Shown here: positions 1-10,814 of the stretch, piece after piece
Layout: the number at the start of each line of letters is the position of its first letter
Numbering within the stretch: the first letter of the stretch is position 1
Assembly: GCA_965248575.1 (NCBI GenBank)
Contig: CBDFJQ010000002.1
Coordinates: forward strand, 4,128,001 to 4,192,000
DNA: 64,000 bases
Direction of reading: 5' to 3'
Source: Planctomycetota bacterium
GTDB taxonomy: Bacteria; Planctomycetota; B15-G4
Program-made: the position numbers and the translations under genes
The notes under the pieces: generated by a model
What the model was told of the DNA's origin: nothing
Database searches by the model: none
The model's input: only the letters and a program-made list of their open reading frames with translations

Positions 1-2
1 GC

Positions 3-563
3 TACGCCGTTGTAGGCCTGGATCACTTCGCGCTCGAGACGGACCCGATGGTCACGGCCCTGCATGCGGGGGAGCTGCACCGCAACTTCATGGGTTATGC
101 GACCCGCCCTGCCCCGGACATGGTGGGCCTGGGCATGAGCGCCATCGGCGATGTGGCCGGCGCGTTCCTGCAGAACCCGAGGGACACCAAGACCTACGAA
201 GCCGCTCTCGCTGCAGGGCATCTGCCCACCTTGCGCGGGCTGCTCCGTACGGAGGAGGACGAGCTGCGGCGAACCATGATCCTGTCGCTCATGTGCCGCA
301 TGCGTCTGGACCTCGACGAGCTGGAGCAGGAGCTGGGCCGCAGCGACCTGGCCTCGCACTTCGCCACCGAGTGGGCTGAGTTGCAGCCGCTGGCGGATCA
401 GGGCTTCTGCACCCTCAGCGCCAGGCGACTGGATGTCACCCCCATGGGGCGGCTCTTCCTGCGGCACATGGCCATGGTGTTCGATGCCCATCTGCGCCGG
501 CAGCGGGCCGCGGCCAAGGCCGGGGACTCCCAGGATGGCCCACGCTTCAGCAAGACTCTCTGA
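3..563 (+). CDS. hemN: Oxygen-independent coproporphyrinogen III oxidase, C-terminal part (5' truncated by window edge)
   Basis: Frame is open from base 3: VGLDHFA, LHRNFMGY, GLGMSAIG and VTPMGRLFLRHMAMVFDAHL are HemN C-terminal motifs. Confidence 0.93.
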   Translation, partial: YAVVGLDHFALETDPMVTALHAGELHRNFMGYATRPAPDMVGLGMSAIGDVAGAFLQNPRDTKTYEAALAAGHLPTLRGLLRTEEDELRRTMILSLMCRMRLDLDELEQELGRSDLASHFATEWAELQPLADQGFCTLSARRLDVTPMGRLFLRHMAMVFDAHLRRQRAAAKAGDSQDGPRFSKTL

Positions 564-2001
564 GTTGACCGCACCCGAGGAAAGCCGTTTCGTCGACACC
601 CTGGTGGTGGGCGGCGGCATGAGCGGCCTGGCCTACGCCCATGGTCTGGGGCCTGGGGCCGATGTGGTCCTGCTCGAGGGCGGCGAGCGCTGGGGCGGTC
701 TGGTGCGCACGCGCACCTGGGAAGGCCTGCACTACGAGTGCGGCCCCGAGGCCCTGCAGGACAACGCCCCCGAAACCCTCGCGCTCATCGAGGAACTTGG
801 GTTGGAACGCTGTGCGGCCCACACGTCGGCCCACCGACGTTTCATCCTCCTGCCGAAGGGGTTGGTGGATGTTCCCACAGGGCCCGGTGCGTTTCTGCGT
901 TCACCACTCCTGAGCGTGGCCGGAAAGCTCCGGGCCTGCTCGGAACCCTGGCGCAGCGGCAGCACGGCGCTGGACGGATCCATGGCGGACTTCGTGCGGC
1001 ACCGCCTTGGGCAGCAGGTGCTCGACCATCTGGTGGACCCCGCCATTTCCGGCATCTACGCCGGCGACCCGGAGCTGCTCTCCCTGCGAGCGAGCTTCCC
1101 CAGCATGTGGGAACTCGTGTCCGAACACGGCTCCCTGATCCGAGGGATGTTCGCCAAGCTCAAGGCGCGCAAACGTGCCCGGGCGGAGTCAGGTGAGGCA
1201 CCCAAGCCCCGGCGCGCACCGGAACTGCTGACCGTCGCGGGAGGCATGGAGAGCTTGCCCCTGGCCCTCAGCAAGGCGCTGGGTGACGGGGCGCAACTGC
1301 GCAGCCCGGTGAGTCATGTGCGTCGCGTGGCGCAGCAGGAGGCACTCACGGAGGCCGAGCGGGGGGCTCAGTGGGTCGTGACGACCGATGCCCCGAGCGG
1401 CGCCCCGGCCCGGTGGTTGGCTCGCCAGCTGGTGCTGGCCGTGCCCGTGGCAGCGGCCGCGGCAGTTCTCCGGGAAGACGAGCCGGACCTCTCCCAACAA
1501 CTACGCTCCATGGTCAGCGAGGCGGTGATCTCCGTGGCCCACGTCTGGCCGCGGGAGGCCGTGGCCCACCCGCTCAATGGCTTTGGTTACCTGGTTCCTT
1601 CGAAGGCTGGCATGACGCATCTGGGCACCCTCTTCAGCAGTTCCATCTCGCCCAGCCGCTGCCCTCCGGGCCAAGTGGTGCTGAGGACCCTGATGGGTGG
1701 CGCCCGGCGGCCGGAGCTGCTGGAGCTGGACGATGAGACCCTGCTGGGGCATGTCCGGCGCGAAGTGGGGGGTGTCCTCGGCTGTTCTGGAGAGCCCAGC
1801 TTCACGCATGTGGCGCGCTGGCCCGTGGCCCTGCCGCGATACGACCTCGAACAAGTGGCGCGCCAAGATAGGATTGATGAGCTGCTGGCCGAGCGGCCAG
1901 GCTTGTCCATCATCGGAAACCATCGCCGGGGAATCTCCGTGAACGCCCTCATCGAGAGTTCGCGCTCACTGGCCAGGGAGCACCGAAGCGCGCATGCATG
2001 A
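535..2001 (+). CDS. hemG: Protoporphyrinogen oxidase (HemY/HemG FAD type); start ATG 535 or TTG 565
   Basis: VVGGGMSGL dinucleotide-binding motif, ECGPE, SGIYAGDPELLS and GFGYLVP; directly downstream of hemN. Confidence 0.9.
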   Translation: MAHASARLSELTAPEESRFVDTLVVGGGMSGLAYAHGLGPGADVVLLEGGERWGGLVRTRTWEGLHYECGPEALQDNAPETLALIEELGLERCAAHTSAHRRFILLPKGLVDVPTGPGAFLRSPLLSVAGKLRACSEPWRSGSTALDGSMADFVRHRLGQQVLDHLVDPAISGIYAGDPELLSLRASFPSMWELVSEHGSLIRGMFAKLKARKRARAESGEAPKPRRAPELLTVAGGMESLPLALSKALGDGAQLRSPVSHVRRVAQQEALTEAERGAQWVVTTDAPSGAPARWLARQLVLAVPVAAAAAVLREDEPDLSQQLRSMVSEAVISVAHVWPREAVAHPLNGFGYLVPSKAGMTHLGTLFSSSISPSRCPPGQVVLRTLMGGARRPELLELDDETLLGHVRREVGGVLGCSGEPSFTHVARWPVALPRYDLEQVARQDRIDELLAERPGLSIIGNHRRGISVNALIESSRSLAREHRSAHA

Positions 2002-3574
2002 CCGCGACGCCCAAGTGGTGCTGCTTGTTCGGGCACTCGAGGAAGCGGACGCGGAGGGGCGGCTGCTCCCCTCGGCCCAGCGAGCCCGGGCGACGTCGGC
2101 GGCACGGGAAGCCTGGGGTGATGGGAGCGGCGACGAGGTCGACGAGGAAGCGCTGCTCGTGCATCGCGCAGATGTGTTGATGCTGGATGTCGAGCGGCAG
2201 GTACCGCGCTTGAGTCGCCTGCTGGGTGCCGACCGCCTCGGTGGGAGCCTGGCGTCGCTCGTGTTGCTCGGTGCCCTGCTCGTGGGTGCGGCAGGCAATG
2301 CCCTGGGGCCGGCACGTCAGATCCAGGTGCTGTTCGCGCCGATGCTCGGCCTCGTGGCCTGGAACCTGGTCGTCTACCTGCTGCTGCTTGTGGTCTCACT
2401 CAAACGGGCTGCGAAGAGCAACTCCACAGGGGACGCGCCTCGGCTGCGCGAAGCTGCTGGGCGGCACTCGGTGACAGGTGTCGTGGGGGGCTTGGCCAGT
2501 CGATTCGTCCAACGTCACTTCCGGCGCGCCCTGGCCGAGCAGGCCGAGCAGCAGGCGCTGGTGACGGCAGCCGCCTCGGGCTTTGCGCGCCTCTGGGGTG
2601 CGGCCTCCACGGCGCTCATGGCCTGTCGGCTCACGCGCCTGTTGCACCTGGCGTCGCTCCTGTTGGCCGCGGGAGCGATCGGTGGCATGTACGTGCGTGG
2701 GCTAGGTCTCGAGTACCGCGCCAGCTGGGAGAGCACCTTCCTGACGGCCGAACAGGTCCAGTCGGTCCTGCAGAGCCTGTTGGGGCCGAGTGCCTGGTTG
2801 TTGGGCACGGTCGTGCCGGAGGTGGCGCCCTTGGAGGCTCCGGCTGACGGACTGGCGGCGCCCTGGATCCACTTGTGGGCCACGACGGTTGTCCTGTTCA
2901 TCGTGCTGCCGCGTCTGGCGCTCTGGTGCCTGGATGGCGTGCGCGTGCGTCGTCTGTCCCGGTCGGTGCAGCTGGATCTGGGGGCGACCTACTTCCGAAG
3001 CCTGTTGGTTCCGGTCCGGGGGGATGCTTCGAGCGTGGACGTCTTCCCCTATGGTGCTCGCCTGGATGCGCGAGCCCGGGAGACCCTGATGGAGCTGATG
3101 CACGACGTGCAGGGGGCCCGGGCCGAAGTGCGCGTGCACGACACGCTGACCTACGGCGACGAGGCGGCGGGCATCGCCCTCAACGAGGGGGCTCTCAACC
3201 AGGGGGCTGGCGTCGACAGTGCGCAGGCTCGGCGCAGCGCGGTGGTGGTCTTCGGCCTGGCCCAATCGCCCGAGTCGGAAGTGCATGGAGAGTTCGTGCG
3301 CGAGTTGACCGAGCGGCTCCAGGCCTTGGACACCCCCTGGGGTCTCGCCGTACTCATCGAGAACTCGAGCTATCGACGCCGCATGTCGGAACCTCGCCGG
3401 CTCGAAGAACGCCAGCGAGCGTGGGATCGTGTGCTTCGGGATGTGGGCCAGCAGGCGGTGCACGTGGACCTGGGCCGAGAGGGCCTAGAGGGTCGAGAGC
3501 AGTCGCTCCCGCCCGATGTCATGAACCGCCTGGCAGAACTCATGCGGCCGGCAACTCCTGAGGCGGCGCGCTAA
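1994..3574 (+). CDS. DUF2868-like membrane protein
   Basis: Several TM segments, YRASWESTFL, LFIVLPRL, PESEVHG; overlaps hemG stop and is coupled to a GTPase gene, as is typical of this pair. Confidence 0.7.
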   Translation: MHDRDAQVVLLVRALEEADAEGRLLPSAQRARATSAAREAWGDGSGDEVDEEALLVHRADVLMLDVERQVPRLSRLLGADRLGGSLASLVLLGALLVGAAGNALGPARQIQVLFAPMLGLVAWNLVVYLLLLVVSLKRAAKSNSTGDAPRLREAAGRHSVTGVVGGLASRFVQRHFRRALAEQAEQQALVTAAASGFARLWGAASTALMACRLTRLLHLASLLLAAGAIGGMYVRGLGLEYRASWESTFLTAEQVQSVLQSLLGPSAWLLGTVVPEVAPLEAPADGLAAPWIHLWATTVVLFIVLPRLALWCLDGVRVRRLSRSVQLDLGATYFRSLLVPVRGDASSVDVFPYGARLDARARETLMELMHDVQGARAEVRVHDTLTYGDEAAGIALNEGALNQGAGVDSAQARRSAVVVFGLAQSPESEVHGEFVRELTERLQALDTPWGLAVLIENSSYRRRMSEPRRLEERQRAWDRVLRDVGQQAVHVDLGREGLEGREQSLPPDVMNRLAELMRPATPEAAR

Positions 3575-4995
3575 TGGAGAACATCGCACTCAGCCTGGTC
3601 AGCCACACCAATGTGGGCAAGACGACTTTGGCGCGCACCCTGTTGCGCCGGGATGTGGGCACGGTCTTTGACCAGGCACATGTCACCGAAGTCAGCGAGG
3701 CCTGGCCGCTGATCGAGACGCCAGCCGCGCGCCTGTCGTTGTGGGACACGCCGGGCTTCGGCGACAGCGCACGCCTCTTGCGTCGCCTGCGCAATGAGGG
3801 CAACCCGCTGGGCTGGTTCCTGCACGAGGTCTGGGACAAGGCGACGGACCGGGCGCTCTGGTGTAGCCAGGAGGCGGTGCGGAACATTCGCGAGGACGCC
3901 GACGTCGTGGTCTACCTGGTGAATGCTGCCGAGGACCCCGAGGACGCGGCCTATGTGCCGCTGGAGCTGGAGCTGCTGGGTTGGCTCGAATGCCCGGTGT
4001 TGCTGCTGCTGAACCAGACGGGCTCGGCGGATGAGTCGCAGCGCCTGGAAGAACGCTGGCGCGAGGCAGCCAAGCGCTTCCCCCACGTTCGCGGCGTGCT
4101 CTCGTTGGATGCCTTCACGCGCTGTTGGGTCCAGGAAGGCACCTTGCTGGAGAAGGTCGCGCAGGTCCTCCCGGACGCCAGCCGCTCCGCCATGAGCGGG
4201 CTGCTCGCCGCCTGGAATGAGCGCAACCTGAAGATCTTCGATGCAGCCATGGAGTCGCTCCTGAGCGTGTTGCTGGAGACGGCCCGGGATCGTGAAGCGC
4301 TGCCCTCGAGCCTGGCGTCCAAGGCGGACAAGAACCGGGCCATGGCGGCCCTGGCTCAACGCCTGGAGCTGCGCTCTCGCGCTCTCATGGAGCAGCTGAT
4401 CGAGGCGCATGGTTTGGACGGTGAAGCGGCCGCGCAGGTGCAGGAGCGCATCGAGGACTTCGTGTTGCCCTCCGAGAGCCCGCTGGATGTGAAGGGCGGA
4501 GCCCTGTGGGGAGGCTTGCTCACTGGGGCTGCGACTGGAGTCACGGCTGAGGTCATGACCGGCGGCTTCGGCTTCGGGTCCGGGATCGTGGTGGGTGCGG
4601 CCTTGGGAGCCCTGGGCGGCGCGGGCTTGGCGAAGGGCTTCCAGTTGGTGTTCGGCCTCGGCCAGCAAGCAGCGGTGCGCTGGGGTAGCGAGTTCCTCAC
4701 GGGCTTCGTGCGCCAAGCCACCTTGCGCTACCTCGCCGTGGCGCAGTTCGGTCGGGGGCGCGGGGCCTTCCACGACGACGCGCTGGAGGCCGGGGAAGAC
4801 AACCCCTGGCTCGAAGCCCTGGACCAACACCTGGGTGAACGCTCGGCAGAACTGGCGAAGGCCTGGAAGCAGTTGGAGGCCGAGCCCGACGCGTCCGCGT
4901 CGAACGATGGAGGGCTGAGTCCCGCCTTGCGCGGCCTGGTGAATGATGTGCTCATCGCGCGCTACCCAGATGCCCGGCGGGTCCTGCAGGAGTGA
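3574..4995 (+). CDS. P-loop GTPase with DUF3482-like C-terminus
   Basis: SHTNVGKTT (G1), DTPGFGD (G3) and a Gly-rich hydrophobic hairpin near the C-terminus; TAATG coupling. Confidence 0.8.
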   Translation: MENIALSLVSHTNVGKTTLARTLLRRDVGTVFDQAHVTEVSEAWPLIETPAARLSLWDTPGFGDSARLLRRLRNEGNPLGWFLHEVWDKATDRALWCSQEAVRNIREDADVVVYLVNAAEDPEDAAYVPLELELLGWLECPVLLLLNQTGSADESQRLEERWREAAKRFPHVRGVLSLDAFTRCWVQEGTLLEKVAQVLPDASRSAMSGLLAAWNERNLKIFDAAMESLLSVLLETARDREALPSSLASKADKNRAMAALAQRLELRSRALMEQLIEAHGLDGEAAAQVQERIEDFVLPSESPLDVKGGALWGGLLTGAATGVTAEVMTGGFGFGSGIVVGAALGALGGAGLAKGFQLVFGLGQQAAVRWGSEFLTGFVRQATLRYLAVAQFGRGRGAFHDDALEAGEDNPWLEALDQHLGERSAELAKAWKQLEAEPDASASNDGGLSPALRGLVNDVLIARYPDARRVLQE

Positions 4996-5981
4996 CGGAG
5001 CCCGGGGGCGCCACGCCTGCGAAGCCTGGGGCGAAGTCAGCCCCGCTCCCACACGAAGGCGTCTCCCACCCGCAGGACCAGTTCAGCGCTTCGTTTCCTT
5101 GGCGGGCACTCATCACGGTCGCCATCTGGGGGGCGTCCTTTGTCGCGATCCGCGTGGCCTTGACGGCGTTCACTCCAACAGGGCTCGTGGCGTTGCGCCT
5201 TGTGGTGGGCAGCAGCTTGCTGGGCTTGCTCATGCGCGCGCGGCGCGGGCGCTGGCTTCCGGCGCGTGCAGACCTGGGGCGATGTGTCCTGCTCGGCGTG
5301 GTGCTCGGGGGCCACTTGCTGATCCAGGCCGTGGGTCTGCAGTACACCACGGCGATCCACACCGGTTGGATCATCGGGATCATCCCCGCCATGATCGCCC
5401 TGGGGGCGCACTGCTTCCTTGGCCAGCGCATGCAACCCGCCGGCTGGCTGGGGATGGCTGTGGCGTCGGCGGGCATCCTGCTCGTGACGTCCGTTCAGCC
5501 GGGGGACTTTACCGACGCCGGTTTCGGAGACGCCTTGCAGTTGGTGTCTTGCGTGACGTGGACGGTGTACACCCTGGCTGCGATCGGAGTCTTGTCGCGC
5601 AACGACCCGCTGCAGGTCACGGCGTTCTCCATGGCAGTGGCTGCTGCGGTTGTCGTCCCAGCTCTCCCCTTCCAGGGGCTGCTCACGGCCACTCCAGATG
5701 TCAGTGCCTGGGCTGCCGTGGCCTTCCTGGCTCTCGTCTGCAGCGCGCTCGCCTATCTGCTTTGGAGTCAGGCGTTGGAGTCCCACGGAGCAACCCGTGT
5801 GGGTTCGATGCTTTACGTCGAACCGCTGTTCACCTTGTTGGTGGCCGTGGCTGTTCTCGATGAACCGGTGAGCCCGCGGAGTCTGTTGGGCGGCGCACTC
5901 GTGATTCTGGGGGTCTGGGTCGTGGGTTCGAGAGCCAGCTCCCGGGGTCGCACTGAGCGGCAGCCCCGTCGAGGGCGCTAG
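4992..5981 (+). CDS. DMT/EamA-family transporter
   Basis: IWGASFVAIR, ~10 TM segments, YLLW...G, LYVEPLF. Confidence 0.9.
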   Translation: MTEPGGATPAKPGAKSAPLPHEGVSHPQDQFSASFPWRALITVAIWGASFVAIRVALTAFTPTGLVALRLVVGSSLLGLLMRARRGRWLPARADLGRCVLLGVVLGGHLLIQAVGLQYTTAIHTGWIIGIIPAMIALGAHCFLGQRMQPAGWLGMAVASAGILLVTSVQPGDFTDAGFGDALQLVSCVTWTVYTLAAIGVLSRNDPLQVTAFSMAVAAAVVVPALPFQGLLTATPDVSAWAAVAFLALVCSALAYLLWSQALESHGATRVGSMLYVEPLFTLLVAVAVLDEPVSPRSLLGGALVILGVWVVGSRASSRGRTERQPRRGR

Positions 5982-7072
5982 GGCAGGACATCGACGACGA
6001 AGCAGCCTTCGGTCAGGGCCGAGGGTGCCCAGCTCATTCCTTGCACGGTGCCCATGAAGCTGCCGGCGATCCGTTGTCCGTCGAACGCCAGGATGTCCAC
6101 ACGCCAGGGCAGGGCCGGGTTCAATACGTCCAACCAAAGGATTGCCGAACAGCCGCCACCCGACTTGTTCTTGTTCTTCTTGGGTGAACTGCAACAGGAG
6201 CTCCGTCGTTCGAGCGCCGCCCGGTCGACACCAGACCAGCTTTGCGGCAAGGGATCAGCCGACTGGAGTGCAAAGTCGAGGAACAGTTTTTGGCATGCGG
6301 AGCTGACGCGTGTCCTGCCCACGAGACGTGTTGCAGGTTCCAGGTGCGCTGGCAGAGGCAGCGGGCTCGGCTGGAGTTCCACATCAGTGGAGCGCCGTTG
6401 TTGGCCGTCGGAACGATAGCTCAGGGCGTTCGGCCCAAGCCGACCTTGAGCGTCGAGCACGGCGAGGCCCACCGTGGATGCACCTGTGCCCAGCGGGTTA
6501 CGGATCGTCACCGGGTGGCAACCTGTCTTACCCCTGACGCGAACGATGTGGTGTCCGGTGACATCATCTCGAAACAAGGTCTTGGCCCGACGCTTGCCGA
6601 TGCGAATGGACACACGGCGTTGTCCCAGGAAGTTGCCGTGCACATCCAAGCTGTCGCCCTTGCTCACCAGCACCTGCTGAACCAAGGTGACCTCGGGCGC
6701 GCGCAGCTCGAAAGTGGTGGGGGAGAGGGAGGCGGCGCCGCCCTTGGGCTTGACGTAGAGTTCGAGCTCGCCTTCGACCCCGGTTCGCACCCGAGCGGTG
6801 ATGACCTTGTCACCGTAGGTGAGGACCTTGAGCCGGTAGCGTTTGGGTGCCCCTGGCTTGGACAGCCAAACCCGGGGCTTCTCGGCTCCGAAGCCAGACC
6901 CCGTGATGGTGACCACCGTGTCCAACGCGCCCAGATCAGGTGAGATGCTGATGAACTGGGTCTGCGGCATCGGAGCCAGGCTGAGCAGCAAGATCATCCA
7001 GCCGAACAAGAGGGACCGTGTTGCAAGGGTTTGCATGGGCTGGAGCAGGGCTGGGTTTCGAGAGGGCGACAA
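5978..7072 (-). CDS. Secreted IPT/TIG-domain protein (start may be the ATG of MQTLAT)
   Basis: Signal peptide, ISISPDLG..DTVVTITGSGFG and a second Ig-like unit (DVHGNFLG). Confidence 0.6.
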   Translation of the reverse strand: MSPSRNPALLQPMQTLATRSLLFGWMILLLSLAPMPQTQFISISPDLGALDTVVTITGSGFGAEKPRVWLSKPGAPKRYRLKVLTYGDKVITARVRTGVEGELELYVKPKGGAASLSPTTFELRAPEVTLVQQVLVSKGDSLDVHGNFLGQRRVSIRIGKRRAKTLFRDDVTGHHIVRVRGKTGCHPVTIRNPLGTGASTVGLAVLDAQGRLGPNALSYRSDGQQRRSTDVELQPSPLPLPAHLEPATRLVGRTRVSSACQKLFLDFALQSADPLPQSWSGVDRAALERRSSCCSSPKKNKNKSGGGCSAILWLDVLNPALPWRVDILAFDGQRIAGSFMGTVQGMSWAPSALTEGCFVVDVLP

Positions 7073-7217
7073 ACAAGGGAACGGGATGGGGGGGCAGCAC
7101 CGGACGGACCCAGCGAGCGCCAGCTGACGGCTGTCCTGCCAGCGACGCTGCCTGAGAGCCTGGGGTCCGTTAAGATGCCTCGTCCCCTTTCGCCGTTCTT
7201 CCTGGAGTCTGTGCTAC

Positions 7218-8135
7218 ATGACGTTCTCTCGCATGGCCCTGAGCTGGCGCAGGACGCAGTCGACCCGGCCGGCGGTCTTGGGTCTCTGCCTCTGGGCAGG
7301 CTGTCTCGCCTGTGGCGCTGCGCCGACGGTTCGAAGCACGGACGCATCGGCCGAGGGGCTGCTGGCAGCGGCGGACTCGCGCTCAGATGCAGTGGCCGAG
7401 CAGGGCACTGCGCCTGACGGCGAGGACCGGGAAGGTTGGATGCCCCTGTTCGATGGGCGAAGCCTCGAGGGCTGGATGCCCAAGATTGCCGGGCAGGCCT
7501 TGGGCCGTGACGAGCGCCAGATCTTTCGCGTGGAAGACGGTGTTCTGAAGGTGTCCTACGAGAACTACGAGCAGTTTCAAGGCGAGTTCGGGCACCTCTT
7601 CTACGAGACACCCTTCTCGCACTATCGTCTGCGCGTCGAGTACCGGTTCACGGGCGAACAGACGCCTGGCGGGCCCGGTTGGGCCTGGCGCAACAGCGGC
7701 GTCATGTTGCACGGGCAGTCCCCCGAGAGCATGGGCACCGACCAGGAGTTTCCTGTGAGTCTCGAGCTGCAGCTGTTGGGTGGCGACGGACAGAACACGC
7801 GGCCGACGGCGAATCTCTGCACGCCGGGCACGGACGTGGACATCGCGGGACAGCCGGTGAGCCAACACTGCATCAACGCGGAAGCTCCTACTTTCCATGG
7901 CGACGGCTGGGTCACCGTGGAAGCCGAAGTCATGGGCGGTGAGCGGGTGCGGCATCTGGTGAACGGGAGGGTGGTCCTTGAGTACTCCCGCCTGCGTTAC
8001 GACCCCGACGATGCAGACGCGCGCCGGCTGCCGACCTTCCCAAGGACGTGGGTCAGCGGCGGCTACCTGTCGCTGCAGGCGGAGAGCCACGGCGTGGAGT
8101 TCCGCCGCGTCGATGTGATGCCCCTCGATTCATGA
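7218..8135 (+). CDS. DUF1080 (3-keto-disaccharide hydrolase-like) lipoprotein
   Basis: WMPLFDGRSLEGW, RNSGVM, ELQLLGG, GYLSLQAESHGVEFR; lipobox LAC. Confidence 0.9.
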   Translation: MTFSRMALSWRRTQSTRPAVLGLCLWAGCLACGAAPTVRSTDASAEGLLAAADSRSDAVAEQGTAPDGEDREGWMPLFDGRSLEGWMPKIAGQALGRDERQIFRVEDGVLKVSYENYEQFQGEFGHLFYETPFSHYRLRVEYRFTGEQTPGGPGWAWRNSGVMLHGQSPESMGTDQEFPVSLELQLLGGDGQNTRPTANLCTPGTDVDIAGQPVSQHCINAEAPTFHGDGWVTVEAEVMGGERVRHLVNGRVVLEYSRLRYDPDDADARRLPTFPRTWVSGGYLSLQAESHGVEFRRVDVMPLDS

Positions 8136-9199
8136 GACGGCCGTGGAAACGACGGTGTGGCCCTGCGACCTGCCTCGCCTTGTGTCTCGCCTGGGGTCTC
8201 CTGGCTTGCCAACCCGGCGAGGAAGCCAGCGAGCCAGACAGCGTTCAGCCGAAGGTCGAGACTTCGGGGCAGGTCTTCTCCGAAGTGCGCGATGCGGCCT
8301 TTGACCTGGTAGCCAACGGTGCCCCGGATGTGCAGTTGCGTCTCGCGTTGCAGGAGGCCCGGGCACTCAAGCCGGAGGCCTACGGTGTGAACGTCATGCT
8401 GGGGCAGGTGTGCGAACGGATGGGGCTCGCGGCGGAATCCGCGGATGCCTACGAGGTCGCCCTCGCGGCGCGCCCCGACGACATGGCGACCTTGCGCGCC
8501 TTGGTGTTGCAGTCCATGGAGGCCGGTCGCCATCAACGGGTGCGCGAGTTGCTTGAGCAGGTGTCCCTGGCTCCTTCCGAAGCGGGCTCGGTCCTCTTGT
8601 TGGAAGTCCGGTTATTGGTGGAAGGAGAGCAAGGCAACTCGGCGTCGGACGAAGTCGCGGCTCTGCTCGCTCGCGGTCTCGAAATCGAGCCGGTGCTGGC
8701 CGTGGAGGCGCTCACGATCCTGGGCAAGTGGTTGCACGAGACAGGGCAACACGATCTGGCCCGGGGTGCGCTGCTCGGTGCCCTGGCCGGCGCGCCTTCC
8801 GACACGGCCGTGCTCAAGACCTTGGCGGCGGCTTGCTGGAGGTTGGGGCTGGAGCCCGAAGCCCAACGCTGGCAGGAGGTGCTCGAGCTGCTGTTGGGCC
8901 TGCAGGACAATGTGTTCACCCGCGAGCAGAAGACCAGCAGTGGCGAGGCCAACCAACGCCAGGCCTTGGAGAACAGCGACTACATCCGGCGCGAGATGGA
9001 CTTGCACCGCGAGCGACTTGCCAGGCTCACGGTGATCCACCCCCTATGGCCGGACGCCTTCCTCGAGCTGGCGGAGGTCCAAGCGGCAGCCGGGGAACAG
9101 GCCGAAGCGTGCAGCACCCTGCAGGGCTACTTCTCCCAGCACGGCACGAGCCTGACCGAGGTCGAGCGCCAGACGCTCCTGCGTCGCTACTGCCGCTGA
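8132..9199 (+). CDS. TPR-repeat lipoprotein
   Basis: ATGA overlap with upstream gene, LLAC lipobox, helical TPR-like repeats. Confidence 0.65.
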   Translation: MRRPWKRRCGPATCLALCLAWGLLACQPGEEASEPDSVQPKVETSGQVFSEVRDAAFDLVANGAPDVQLRLALQEARALKPEAYGVNVMLGQVCERMGLAAESADAYEVALAARPDDMATLRALVLQSMEAGRHQRVRELLEQVSLAPSEAGSVLLLEVRLLVEGEQGNSASDEVAALLARGLEIEPVLAVEALTILGKWLHETGQHDLARGALLGALAGAPSDTAVLKTLAAACWRLGLEPEAQRWQEVLELLLGLQDNVFTREQKTSSGEANQRQALENSDYIRREMDLHRERLARLTVIHPLWPDAFLELAEVQAAAGEQAEACSTLQGYFSQHGTSLTEVERQTLLRRYCR

Positions 9200-9229
9200 G
9201 GGGTGGAGCTACTGAATTGTTGGAGTGGC

Positions 9230-9275
9230 TTGCGTTTTGAAGATGTTTTGATGATTCTAGAAGTATGGAAATATC
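9230..9275 (+). promoter_or_regulatory. Candidate arsR promoter/operator, leaderless
   Basis: TTGCGT (9230-35), 17 bp spacer, GATTCT (9253-58), 6 bp, then ATG 9265; AT-rich imperfect palindrome overlapping the start; no SD. Confidence 0.5.
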
Positions 9276-9639
9276 AGCAGCCGTTGCCGCCCTGTCCGCC
9301 TTGGCGCACGAGTCCCGTTTGGAAGCCTTCCGCCTGCTGGTGAAGGCTGGGCCCGAGGGGATAGCCGCCGGTGAGATCGCCGCCCAGCTGGATGTCCCCG
9401 CACCCACCCTCTCGTTTCATCTCGCGCAGTTGGTGCGGGCGGGCTTGCTGAGCTCCCGGCGCAGCGGACGTTCGGTGCGCTACGCCCTGCGCGTGGATGG
9501 CATCCGGGATCTTCTGGGTTTCGTCACCCAGGAGTGCTGCCAGGGGCGGCCCGAGTTGTGCATGCCTCAGGAGGCGTGCGCCGACGCTGACCTGGCATCG
9601 GCCGCAAGCGAAGGTGATTGCGGGGAGTGCGCGCCATGA
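9265..9639 (+). CDS. arsR: ArsR/SmtB repressor with C-terminal CC-x6-C arsenite site
   Basis: [33 protein letters not shown]. Confidence 0.92.
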   Translation: MEISAAVAALSALAHESRLEAFRLLVKAGPEGIAAGEIAAQLDVPAPTLSFHLAQLVRAGLLSSRRSGRSVRYALRVDGIRDLLGFVTQECCQGRPELCMPQEACADADLASAASEGDCGECAP

Positions 9640-10814
9640 GCAACCGACGCATGCAGGGCTTCGAACGCCTGCTGAGTCTGTGGGTCGCCTTGTGCATGGT
9701 GGCGGGCATCCTGTTGGGGCGCTTCGCACCCGGCCTCGCCCAGACCCTCGACGGCATGAGCCTCGATGTGGGTGGTGCACCGGTGGTGTCGATCCCTATC
9801 GCCATCTGCCTCTTCTTCATGATGTTTCCGATCATGGTGAAGATCGACTTTACGGAGGTCGTGCGCGCCGGCAAGAGCACACGCCCGGTGTTGTTGACGC
9901 TGTTCATCAACTGGTGTGTGAAGCCGTTCACGATGCTGGCCTTGTCGAGCTTCTTCCTCGGGCACCTGTTCCTGGAGTTCATCGGACCGGACGCTACCGA
10001 CCTCGTGAAGATCCCCTTCGGCCTCGACCTCGAACTCGGGGCGCACTACGGCGCTGGGCAGGTGGTGCTGCACGAAGGGATGCGCATGCTGGAGATCCCA
10101 CTCTGGCGTAGCTATCTCGCCGGCTGCATCCTGTTGGGCGTGGCGCCATGCACGGCCATGGTGCTGGTCTGGGGTTACCTCGCCCGGGGTAGCGACGCCC
10201 ACACGCTCGTGATGGTGGCGCTCAACTCCCTGACCATGCTCGTGCTCTATGGGTTGCTGGGCGGCTATCTGCTCGGCGTGGGGCGGCTGCCGGTGCCGTG
10301 GCAGGCCTTGCTGCTGTCCATCGGCGTCTATGTGGCGCTGCCCCTGGTGGCCGGCATCCTCGTGCGCAAGAGTCTCCTGGCCAGCAAGGGGGAGGTCTGG
10401 TTCAAGCAGCGCTTCTTGCACGTGCTCACGCCCATCACCATCGGCGCCTTGCTGCTCACCTTGGTCTTGCTGTTCTCCTTCAAGGGGGACGTGATCCTCG
10501 AGAACCCGCTGACGCTGGTTTGGATCGCCGTGCCGCTCGTGGTCCAGACGCTGCTCATCTTCGGACTGGGGTATGGCCTGGCCAAGCTCCTGGGGCTGCG
10601 TTACGCCGACGCGGCGCCCAGCGCCTTGATCGGCGCCAGCAACCACTTCGAAGTGGCCATCGCCACCGCGGCCATGTTGTTCGGGCTCTCGTCGGGTGCC
10701 GCCCTCGCGACGGTGGTGGGCGTGCTGATCGAAGTGCCGTTGATGCTCATCCTGGTGCGATTCTGTCTCAGGACCGAGGGCTGGTTCGGCAAACCCGAGT
10801 CGCAGGCTTCCTGA
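9636..10814 (+). CDS. acr3: ACR3-family arsenite efflux pump
   Basis: MMFPIM, NWCVKPF, APCTAMV and [10 protein letters not shown] motifs; ATGA coupling to arsR. Confidence 0.95.
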   Translation: MSNRRMQGFERLLSLWVALCMVAGILLGRFAPGLAQTLDGMSLDVGGAPVVSIPIAICLFFMMFPIMVKIDFTEVVRAGKSTRPVLLTLFINWCVKPFTMLALSSFFLGHLFLEFIGPDATDLVKIPFGLDLELGAHYGAGQVVLHEGMRMLEIPLWRSYLAGCILLGVAPCTAMVLVWGYLARGSDAHTLVMVALNSLTMLVLYGLLGGYLLGVGRLPVPWQALLLSIGVYVALPLVAGILVRKSLLASKGEVWFKQRFLHVLTPITIGALLLTLVLLFSFKGDVILENPLTLVWIAVPLVVQTLLIFGLGYGLAKLLGLRYADAAPSALIGASNHFEVAIATAAMLFGLSSGAALATVVGVLIEVPLMLILVRFCLRTEGWFGKPESQAS

